Positions 50,775 to 60,836 of a stretch of 60,836 nt of DNA are shown piece after piece. The stretch comes from Catajapyx aquilonaris (Eukaryota): contig JYFJ02002224.1 of NCBI GenBank assembly GCA_000934665.2, positions 1-60,836 on the forward strand, read 5' to 3'. Positions within the stretch are counted from its first letter, which is position 1, and every line of letters starts with the position of its first letter. The notes below the pieces were generated by a model. It did no database searches. It was not told the origin of the DNA and saw only the letters and a program-made list of their open reading frames with translations. The position numbers and the translations under genes were made by a program.

Positions 50775-52796
50775 TCAATGGTGCATGGAACGTGACGTGC
50801 TGCAAATTTCGGCAAAGAATGCTAGTAAACCCAGCCCGCAAGAGAATATTAATAGGAAATAGAAGGCACTGCTCATCTGGGTGAAATTGAGGGCCATCAG
50901 TCTCTTGAGGAGGAAGTCCTTCTTCCGGGCATCACCTATTCCCATGGCCAGAGAGGAATACTCGAAATTCACACGGAACTTCTCGTGCAAGCCTGACTCT
51001 CTGACGTACTTGCTCATCCTGGATATGATCGGAGAGATTAGGCTGTGCTTCTCGGTCAGGAGAGTACCGTAAACTACCACGTTGTTCTCTTTCGCAAATT
51101 TTGTCTGCAGGTTGCCGGTCTTGTCGGCAAACTGGTAGCTTCCTGCTACGAGAAATTCCTTTGGGCTGATGCAGCAGTGATCGGAGTTGATGGCCTCGAG
51201 CACACACGTGTTGAGGTCCACGTGATCTGTCAGGTTACTCGCCACTGAAGAGAAGTACTCCAGTCCCAGCAGAGCACTGATGATGTATGGTTTAAAGAAT
51301 CCAATCGTCCCCCAACTCCACTTGGGCCATTCCCGGTGCTCCCTGTAGGTCTTCGGGAGGTCCTCCATCAAGGGAGAGGCCAGAAAGCCGAAGTAGAGGG
51401 CCTCGTACCCACAGATGATGACCAGGGAGAAGGCCCACCAGAAGGAGATGAATATCCGGGGTGGTTGGGTGGAGGGGACCAGGTTCGGGTTCTCTTCCAT
51501 CAGGGTGGAGGAGAGGTACCTCAGGGAGTACAGGAGGAGGCGGGGGAAGGACCAGGGGCGGCCAGGGAAGGGGGGGAGGGGACTCCACTTCAAGAGGAGG
51601 GCGAGGACTGCGCTGCCAAAGACTACGGAGACCATCACCATCGCCCACATGTCCGGAGTGTACGGTCGGAGCATCGCGTTCCAGGTGTATCTCACTCGAG
51701 GGGCCCTGGTTATGAATGTCACTGTGCCAAACGCATGGGGAAAACTCATGTCGACCACCAGGGACAGGCGATCTTTAACCATTGTTAATCCAAACACTGC
51801 TTTTCTGCGGAGGATGACTCCTGTTGCTCCGGTGTAGTTTCCGTCTGGAAGTGGCATATCCAGTGGCACCCCGTCTTCCCCTCCGAGGGATTCCATGACC
51901 CAGTCGTAATTCATGGCCTGGCTGATGGGCAGGAGGTCCATTATCTCTGAGAACATGGGCAAGCTGTTTTCAAAGAAATACTGAAGCTCGTTTTTACTCA
52001 GGTCCAACACGAATGATCCGTTGAGCAATCGATTGTGCAAATTCCGGGAATAATCCGGGAAGAGATCCAGACCTGCAGGGATGACTTGTCCTCTTCCGGG
52101 GTCGAACCATCCCCTCGTGACCACCCCTGGATGACCCCCCTTGCAAAAGTGGCAGTTGGAGAGCAGCCTGGCCATCCCTGGATGACCTGCCTGGACCCCT
52201 GAGGAGGTGTCCACCCCCGCCAGGAAGAGGAACCTCTCCGTGACCCCGTGCAGCATGACCTCCTCCAGCCTCCAGCCTCCCCCCTCGCTGACCCACACCA
52301 CGAACTTGTCCCTTCCCGTCTGGATGGAGACCAGTCTAGCCACCTGCTCCACCAGTGACCTCAGGTCATGGTGGTGGTCGGATGATGATGGTGACCCGAA
52401 GATCAAGAGCAGGTACACCGCGCACTTGTGCTCCACCGCACCAGGTCTGTGCAACCAAGAGAACCAGTACTCGAACTGACCTGAGTTGACCTGGTGTGAC
52501 CCCCTCTTCTGCCGGGTCACGGTGGTGGTGGTGACGGGCAGCACTGGGGTCACCCCCACCCGGTGTATCCTCCTGATGAACCCGGATAATTCAGGCCCGT
52601 TGAACCTTCTTCCTTGGTCCGTGGCAGGCACCAAAAGGCAAGAAGGGTACATCCGGCTGACCAAATGGACACACTCAGTCACCCGAAACAACTCGCTGTC
52701 CTCCTCCTCTCGAAGGTCAAGGGTCACCTTCCCGTCCACAGCCACCACCAGAAGAAGGAGAGAGACGAGCACTGATGACAACGAGTGAAGCCCCAT
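50775..52796 (-). CDS. Divergent ionotropic receptor (variant iGluR chemoreceptor), intronless, 673 aa
   Basis: Signal peptide; S1-like GNYTGATG..VDMSFP; M1 after LRPYTPDMW; RIFISFWWAFSLVIICGYEALYFGFL (M2/M3 motif); S2 ESGL; final TM FYFLLIFSCGLGLLAFFAEI. Confidence 0.9.
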   Translation of the reverse strand: MGLHSLSSVLVSLLLLVVAVDGKVTLDLREEEDSELFRVTECVHLVSRMYPSCLLVPATDQGRRFNGPELSGFIRRIHRVGVTPVLPVTTTTVTRQKRGSHQVNSGQFEYWFSWLHRPGAVEHKCAVYLLLIFGSPSSSDHHHDLRSLVEQVARLVSIQTGRDKFVVWVSEGGGWRLEEVMLHGVTERFLFLAGVDTSSGVQAGHPGMARLLSNCHFCKGGHPGVVTRGWFDPGRGQVIPAGLDLFPDYSRNLHNRLLNGSFVLDLSKNELQYFFENSLPMFSEIMDLLPISQAMNYDWVMESLGGEDGVPLDMPLPDGNYTGATGVILRRKAVFGLTMVKDRLSLVVDMSFPHAFGTVTFITRAPRVRYTWNAMLRPYTPDMWAMVMVSVVFGSAVLALLLKWSPLPPFPGRPWSFPRLLLYSLRYLSSTLMEENPNLVPSTQPPRIFISFWWAFSLVIICGYEALYFGFLASPLMEDLPKTYREHREWPKWSWGTIGFFKPYIISALLGLEYFSSVASNLTDHVDLNTCVLEAINSDHCCISPKEFLVAGSYQFADKTGNLQTKFAKENNVVVYGTLLTEKHSLISPIISRMSKYVRESGLHEKFRVNFEYSSLAMGIGDARKKDFLLKRLMALNFTQMSSAFYFLLIFSCGLGLLAFFAEICSTSRSMHH

Positions 52797-54999
52797 GGCG
52801 AACTAGTCCTGTCTTGGTTTCAACCAGACCTTTTTATGTCCTCTGTCAAACATACTGGCAGTCAAAAATTAATTCCGGTCTAATTAGCTTCCAGTCGTAA
52901 CCACGGGTGAGATAAAGCCATTACTGCGTTCCTAATGAACGCATCTTTGATCCGAGGTGTGACAAATCTCTTCCCAATAACGCTGAAGGATTTTCGCAAA
53001 CTTATTTTCTCTCAAAATGGAGAAAATTGCTCTTTCCTCTCTCCCCGTATAATATCATGTCGTATGTTAATAATAAAAAGAGCAATGATTGCTCCAAACC
53101 ATCGCAACATTTCGGTGCAAGTAAACCAATTCTGAGCGATTTGCAGCACGTATGAAGTGGCTAATTTGTGTATACAGGAAGGGTTGCTCAAAGTTATTGA
53201 CATCAAGCTGTCATTTCGCCATGTGATTTTCCTTTTGAGAATATGGACATCAATGTGAACCCCACTAATTTAGATCAACGAATCCATAACTATATACAGT
53301 GGACTAATGCAGTAGGATACTGACCCCGCTTGCCTCATCCAGAGATTTGTGCGTTTATTAATAATTACATATTATATTTTAAGCAAGGAGTCACACGTGG
53401 ACTTGGAGGGCCACGTGCTCTTCGCCGGTGTTGTGATTCACCCGACATGTGAAATATTGATCAGACCGATATTGATCTGACAGGCATGCAAAGCGTGGGA
53501 TGGCTTGAATCTGCCCTCAGAAGTGAAGAAATATGAGCACGTGCGCAAGACTTCAAAATGCTAATTAAAATGCTACGATGATGGATCTGGATCAGTCTTC
53601 TTTTAAAACCTGCGTGGAAATTATGCATAAGTCACAGTTTTTACCTCCCCCCTCCCCTTTGCGGACAGAAACGTACAATATCTTACCTCCCCACCCCCCC
53701 TAAAAATTGCGGGGACATGGCCTTCTTGACCCCCCCNCCACACTGAAGTGTTATTTCCAATATATTTGTGTTTTTATTTTTTGATATCGACACACAAATT
53801 CCTTTTTTCAGAGGCATTATGGTATATTTGATGGGTCTGATTAAAAAAAGTTGAGGTTTATTGTCCGCGCGTACAACAGACTTCTACCGCCCCACCCCCC
53901 TGTACGGACAAAAGCGGACAAAGTGCTCATCATTAATTTGGGGGTTGTGTGTTCGCAGCATGACTGCCCGCCTTGTGGCGGCGTAGATGTGGGTGTTGCG
54001 TGATGTGGGTGTGGCAAAGCCACAATAACGTTCGTTGGCCTGCGGCGCCACAAGAACGACCGCAAATGTTGCGGATTCAAAACTCATAATAAGCGCCTAG
54101 CTCCGCATTAACTCAAATTATCAAGCACTGGCGACGTTCCGTGCCTGGCAGGGCCACAAGACGGTCAGTACTGGTGCGGTCACTCCAACGCCTCACAGAT
54201 AACACCAACACAATCATTCATCATCCCTCATGGCACGTTTCCACGGAGAATCACCTCACGCAACAGTGGGAGTGAACAGTCTCAACAAAGGAACATTGTT
54301 CGTTTTCATTTTATTAATTGTTATTACTTAATAGAAACACACAAAAAATAGCAATAAACCTTAGTGTGTGACTGTCGAGTCACAAGTTTTCACTCGAAAG
54401 AGATTAAAACGTGACCACTGTCCTAATATGCTAAAATTGCGACAAGGTCCATTATGTAAAGAAAAAAATCATAAAACTAATTGCTATTTTCAGCGTTTCC
54501 TTCATCAGGGAGAGTGAATCAAACGGGATCTTGTCCATCCCCAAAGGATGCTGCGGTGACATGCGAAGGATTATTTTCAGACATTTTCCCCTCCCTATAG
54601 CCAATTTGATATTTGCCACATGTATAACGTGGTACAGTACAATGCATTCTGTGGGTCAATCTAATAACCTAAATGACTAGAGAGCGGGGATGAAGGGACA
54701 ATAACCCTACACTAGGAAAACCCTCGCTCCGCTCGTCTTTTCCTAGGGCGCAGGCCTAGAAAACCACTTGCTTCGCTCGCTCTTTTCTAGGCCTGCGGCC
54801 TGCGGTGTAGTCCATGTTCTTAATGATGCTCATCCAACAATTATCCGCGTCATACTCCCCTCCCCCCTCCCTCCCTCTCCTTATATTAATCGGGTTAGTG
54901 CACCGCCCTAATTGGGCATCTGGCACGGTACCTTTATTTGCTTAAGGTGTACAAGCTTTTACACGTGGTCATTTTCCGTAACGCCCGGGTACCGCGAGC

Positions 55000-55232
55000 G
55001 AAGGGGGAATGAATAGGAGGGGATGTGCGAAGTGCATGTGCATTGTCGTTAATGTGTCATTTTGTGAACTCCCCCGGGTGGCTTAGTCTGTCGGAAACTG
55101 CCACCCGAAACGAAGCCAGAGATGGCCCAACTCTGCACGAAAGAAGGTGGGAACCCCGGGTGGGGATTGAACCCGGGACCTTAACTTCCGTGGGCGCGCG
55201 CGTTACCGCGGCGCCACTCCGTCTCCCTTCCC
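55000..55232 (-). mobile_element. tRNA-derived SINE inside Helitron
   Basis: A box GTGGCGCCGCGG, B box GGTTCAATCCC, followed by a non-tRNA body; 3' boundary approximate. Confidence 0.65.
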
Positions 55233-56189
55233 TCTCCTTATATTACCCCTTTGACGGCGAAGTACATCATAATTATTATGATGTCCTGAGGGTTTTTGAA
55301 TTTGGTGCGCGAGGATGTGCATAGAGAAGGCGACCTTTGCGGTGCCAAACCCGGTTCAATATGCTCCTGCCATCTCTTGGATGGTGACTCAACTACCTTA
55401 GCAACCCCAGATCCCCCCCTGTTCCCGCCAAGTTGAGTCGTATATGCCAAGGCCACGCTGCTCCCACGTGATCGTTTATGTAAACCTGTTCCCTCAGTAC
55501 TACAGGGTGCCCGTAAAGTCTGGACCCTTGGCCTTGGGAGTTTATCATAGTACAGTGTTGGACATATATCGAGGCATAATGCTAGCGACATTTTCGGAAC
55601 AGGCAGAAGAAGTAATCTTGCTCGCCTGGCTTGCAGAATGCTTATATTCGGTTCCTGCCTCGAATGCCTCGATTAATGTCCAACACTGTACAGTGCTGTG
55701 GTAATATTATGTAACCGTAAGAACAATGCATAGTGACTGACTGACTGAGGAAACTTGTTAGGCCTATCGACTTTCTGAGAGCAGGACGATTCTAAAAAGT
55801 TTACTTCCGAAACACCCTATAAATTAATTTTTTCCCGGCATTTTACAACGAAAAGGACCAGCACGAATTTAATTTTGGCGCGAATTTGTTATTCATTAAT
55901 ATATCACTCCTACGTCGCATTTTGGACAAAAAGAAGAGAAAGAAGCGGCCCAAAAACCTGCCGAAAACTCGTCAAAGGGTTAAGGGTGTGCAGTTTGAAA
56001 ATACTACGGCTCCTATCTGTGGTTCCAATGATGCATGTGATTCAAGGTGGCGAACCGAGCCAACCCAATGTTTGTACAACAATACAGCAGTGTACACTTT
56101 TCCGTCCAGGGGTTACCCCCTTGGTCTGTACACATAGGTACACTGAATTCATTGATATTAGGGAGGTTGGCCCAGCATTGCCTTTCAAC

Positions 56190-56370
56190 CTCCAAGGATA
56201 GGGAAGGAAGGAAGCGGCTGTGGCCTATTATACGGAAGCGACCCCGGAATTATCCTAGGAAGACCGTGGAAAACCACAGAAAACCACGGTCAGGGGTTGC
56301 CGGCCCCGGGATTCGAACCCAGGACCTCCCGATTAGGAGTCGGACGCCTTATCCATCATGCCCACCTGCT
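56190..56370 (-). mobile_element. tRNA-derived SINE inside Helitron
   Basis: GATGGATAAGGCGTCCGAC...GGTTCGAATCCC then GGTTTTCTGTGGTTTTCC...TAGGCCACAGCCGCTTCCTTCC, a body reminiscent of polyneopteran Lm1/Talua SINEs (from recall, unverified); 3' boundary approximate. Confidence 0.7.
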
Positions 56371-57828
56371 TCGGTACATAGGTACTGTACACTGTACTCC
56401 CGATTATTATCCGGGCTAATGACTGCACGGGTGTTGCCAGATAATAGGGAAACACGGACAATCGGAAAATGGTCCTGGAAAGGGAGCTATTCACAGGTTG
56501 TTGATGTACTACGCTGTACAAAGAGCATGCTGCGTGGTTAATCAAAAAAATAGAACTTACCTTAGAATTTTACTTTCCCTTCTAGAAAAAGTATGGTATA
56601 TTTTTTCGTTGGCGAGACATATTGATATTGATATTGGGTGGAATTTTCGTACCACTGCTAACTTTGCAGTACCAGTGTTGGCACTGGTGCTGCTAAGTTA
56701 GCAGTAGGCCTATACACTATCTAGCAGTGGGATAAATATCAGACACATTTTTTCGGACTTAAATGTTTATATTATGGCGATGCACGGATAATCGTGAGTA
56801 CAGTGTAATTGGATTTTTATTGTTGGTGGTTGCCAATTGTGCCAACTCAATAACCTTCACTAACTGTATAAACAAACCTGCCAGTTGGCACCACTGGATG
56901 ACCAAGAATATATGCATTCCTGGCTATATGTTGGAACGTGGGTAGATTTGCAACCCGATTACTTACGTTCGATTCTACGTCCGAAAGAAGTGCCTCGAAG
57001 ACAGTGTATATACTGTAGGCCGCCTACTTCCCATCTGTGAAAGCACCGCGCATGGGTAGGCCTATGCGCGAGCAGTCCGATCAGTAGGCCTAATGCTAAT
57101 AAGGTTAGAATTTCGAACTTACATTTCTTCGCCAGTGCATACGGCCATTTTTCAATAACCAGCTATACCCGCGGCGAAGGGGGGACAGGTCCGGCAGGGG
57201 TGACGATGACCGAGGCGGAAGAGACGGAAAAAAGCGACCTTCTCCCAAGGAGGTCAGTAGGCAACTGGACGTGTTCCACCCCCACTGCGCATGCTCGGAA
57301 CGGGGGCCAATCGGAGGCGTAATGGTAACAATGCGTCATGGATACGACGCAGCAACAATGGACGGGGGCCAATAGGAAGAGGTGGCGGCAACAATACGGG
57401 GGCGGACCAATCAGAGGGCTTATACACACAATACACCAATCAGAGGGCTTATACATGCAACGCAAGCATTTTAATATTATAGATTGTACTTCATGTTCCA
57501 GTTGGTAATCAGTGAGAAAATGACAACTTTTCACCCCCCCNCCCCCCCCCCCCCCCATCAAATCAAATAACACTGCTTATACATATCCCGACTTTGATGA
57601 AGGTCATAATGTAAACATCCCTGACTTATCTGGAAATAAAAACATACATGATTGATGCTCCCTTTTAGGGGAAAGGGACTGACATCTCTGCTGATAATAA
57701 TGGGGCCATGCCCTCTGGCCTTAAATATTTTATCTGGGGTCACCAATGTCACTATTTAAGCAGTATACGCCCAGAGGATTGAGGAGAAAGGAGTCGTCTT
57801 GATCCAGTCGAGTGCAGCATCCCCCGAG

Positions 57829-59802
57829 ATGATGGCCAACTTCAGCAGTTTTGGACTCTCTTTGTTGGCCACCCTTCTGTTGTTCCTGTCAGGGGTCAAT
57901 CATTCCCTGGCCATGGCAAGTAATGGAACCGAAAATATTACCCGTGCTGCCCATCCAGAGGAAACCAGTCAGATAGACCGACTGGAACTGGCCATGCAAA
58001 CAATGATGAGAGTCATGGAGGATGGATTCGCTCGAACAGGTAATGCGGGAGCGATGCTGGATATGAATATGAATGTGTAGGTCTGTCTCGCTGAAGTCCA
58101 TTGAATGTGCTAATGATTATTTTTTATTCTGCAGCACAAGAAGGGAGAGAAGTCAAGGAGAAAATGAAATCATTAGAAGAGAAATTGAGGTAATTGAGCA
58201 ACCACATGTCAACCCAACTGCTTTTATTGCCACCAATAGTTATAAGAGCGGAATAATATTGAAGGATGTTACGTCACAGTGATCCTTTTGTCAACATTGA
58301 AGCTCCTAAATGTTTGTTCTGGAAATCATTGAGGAATGATTAAGAGAGTAGTTTAGCTGAATGATGACCCAAGGAAGTTATGCCTAGTGCAAATATTATT
58401 CCAGTGTCTCATCAAGTTGTGTGGAAGGTCATACCCCTTCGACCCCTGGAGAGCTTGACCCGTCCACGAGTTCGTCTGAAGTGAGTTTCGCAGCGGAAAA
58501 AAGATTCAAGGCAGAGATTGGTCAGGCAGTGGACACTTTCACCTCGTCGATGGCGACTCTTATTGGACAGAAAATGGACAATTCAACTGTCTTTCCGACT
58601 GAATCTGGTTAGTGTACACATAGTACAGTATTATTGCGGTTACTCATCTTGTGTTTATTTGGATAAAAATAATAGTAACTTCCACTCACACCATAGCAAA
58701 TTGCTGACTATGAGGTATACAAAACTATAGGAAGGGCGGTAGTAGAACTATTCTCTAGAAAGTCATGTTTTAAAACAGTGGGATAAGATGTTAATGAAAG
58801 TGCAGAGTTTTGCAAAGCAGATTAATTACTGGTTTTGTGACAACAAAGACTGATTCAGACAATAATATTTCTTTCAGTCCTGACATCTCCTGCAATGCCT
58901 CCTACAGATATTCCTCCCACTGAAATGATTCCTCCATCAAATACTAATTGCTATGACCTTCTGCAACGAGGACACACCACATCCGGGGTGTATTCCTTGA
59001 CCATCAATGGAAAAGAAGTCCGGGTGAGGCTCTCGCAAAAATGGTTGCATTCACTTTGAACGACTGTGAGCTTCGTGAGTGAAATTAATAGAATTTACGT
59101 CATTAACATAATTATGTTGTCGTGTCCACAGGTGTATTGTGATATGGAGTCAGATGGAGGAGGGTGGACTGTCATACAAAGAAGAGACGACATCCAGCCT
59201 CACGTGGACTTCAACCGGAGATGGGCAGATTACAAGAGAGGGTTTGGTGATCTGGAAGGGGAGTTCTGGCTGGGTGAGTTGCACTCTTAGTTGTTATTTT
59301 TGGTTGTAATTAATTTTTGGTTGTAATTAATTGAACTCAACCCGTATTGTCCCGCCCTGTAGGTCTGGACAACATCCAAGGACTTGCTAGGTACCCTTCC
59401 CCTCCGATGATGCTCCGGGTGGAACTGGAGGATTGGGAGGGGGAGAAGAGGGTCGCCTTGTACCACGCTTTTAGAGTCGGAGGAGAAGAGGAGAGGTACA
59501 AGATCAGTGTGGGATGGTACGAGAAGGGACCGGGAGGAGGAGACCCGGGGGACTCTCTTACCTACCACAATGGCTGGCCCTTCTCAACAATGGACTGGGA
59601 CAACGATGGTTGGGATGGAAGGAACTGCGCAGGGAAGTTCGAGGGTGGTTGGTGGTACCAAAATTGCCTCGATGCCAATCTGAACGGAGTTTATCGTCGC
59701 AAGGGAAAGACCGGCGAATTGAATCAAGGTGTCATCTGGTACCACTGGAAGGGATCAGAGTACTCTCTGAGAAGAGCAGCCATGAAGATCAGACCTAGAT
59801 AG
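57829..59802 (+). CDS. FREP copy 5, 6 exons
   Basis: Paralog of copy 4 with the same exon layout; FBG motifs [46 protein letters not shown]. Confidence 0.88.
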
Positions 59803-60836
59803 ACGTCCACTGCCACATAATTGCACATGTCAAACTATTCACCACCTGCACCATTGTTTATAACTGCTCGCCTTGTTGGTGCGTACGTACCATTATGCAC
59901 CGTAATAAGTCATATGTATGGCTGTTTGTTTCTCTTTTCTCCTTTTGACTAGAAAAGATCCCGATATTCTAATAGATGTCATGCTCATCGCAATAGTTGG
60001 CATGGGGCACATTTTCAATGGCCATTACCATAACTTAATTCAATGCCAATGCGAGTGACCATCAAGCATCTTCTGGAAATCGTTTCTCTTGATGACTAAA
60101 ACAAAAAAAAATGTACTGACATTCAGCTAGAGCAGTAGTACACCCTAGTTTTGTCATGTAGTGTAATTATACTGATTGATGAGAGACCAAGTAGATGTCA
60201 AGCAAATCTTGCAGTAATTTTTTTGAGGATGCGATAAAAACTTGTACATATAAAAGTTATGTTATCATTAGACAAAAGCTGATTAATTTGCTTTCTGACC
60301 CACAATTTCTTACACACGCATATCAAGTACAGTACAGTGAGAAGTAATGGTTCAGTCACTAGACCCCCATAGACAGTAACAGAAACAATAAGGAGAAGAT
60401 TGCAACGGGCTGCTTCTTTACTCCCTCACTTGAACTAGACCCTCTGCAAAAATTTATTACCTTTACAATAATGATATGCTAACCCTTTCCATTGTAGTTG
60501 ATGTAATCCACAACATCACCATCTAATAAGAATAAAGTATGTCCAAATTATGTGCAGAACTTGCAGGATTTATTTTACCCTTAGTACAGTATCATGGATC
60601 TGAGCAACGTATAACTGGTATCATGGGGTTTTTTGTGACCCCATTTAATTATATTTTACCTTCATGTGATTTGAATGCCATTAAAAATAAGTTCTAGTGT
60701 AAATAATAAAACAGACCTATAAAAAACGTGATTGAGTATTTAAGGTGGAAATGAAGCTAGAGTCACTCAATGAGAATTTTATGAAAAAAACATATGTTAC
60801 GCAGTTTTGTGTCCTCTTATCAATGGTGCAAAGAAA

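Larger units (their letters stand above)
54712..57483 (-). mobile_element. Non-autonomous Helitron (2.77 kb) in FREP copy 5 promoter
   Basis: Minus strand A|TCTATAAT...CTAG|T with no TSD and subterminal hairpins at 54712-54791; empty site AACCCTACA|TTGTAC in the paralogous promoter at about 45204-45218; no Rep/helicase ORF. Confidence 0.85.

Noticed and set aside
51292..52788. Several GC-rich overlapping and antisense ORFs
   Set aside because: Shadows of the GC3-rich IR coding sequence; the same applies to antisense ORFs over ZNF, FREP and transposase exons

Overview
Eukaryotic, intron-containing DNA, most likely from an arthropod (inferred from divergent ionotropic receptors, fibrinogen-related lectins, an insect-type effector caspase and many 53-90 nt GT-AG introns). 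All exon models were built by hand from splice signals and frame continuity, without transcript evidence. The window holds a 5-exon effector caspase, a large birth-and-death cluster of C2H2 zinc-finger genes (9 apparently intact genes in three subfamilies, here A, B and C, plus several pseudogenes), four complete fibrinogen-related protein (FREP) genes, one intact and one internally deleted divergent ionotropic receptor, and many transposon relics (MITEs, mariner, Kolobok-like THAP element, Helitron, SINEs, LINE). Every cluster gene starts with a separate phase-0 acidic exon rich in (I/V/L)KxE motifs and ending in DPL. The key observation is that this same exon type appears spliced in frame onto transposases twice. 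One case is an apparently domesticated 6-exon Tc1-like transposase gene with a degenerate catalytic triad (43263-44931). The other is an apparently young fusion to an intact DD34D mariner transposase through a 57-nt intron whose acceptor AG lies in the mariner terminal repeat (22511-24031). This resembles an invertebrate counterpart of KRAB-ZNF/KRAB-transposase exon shuffling.
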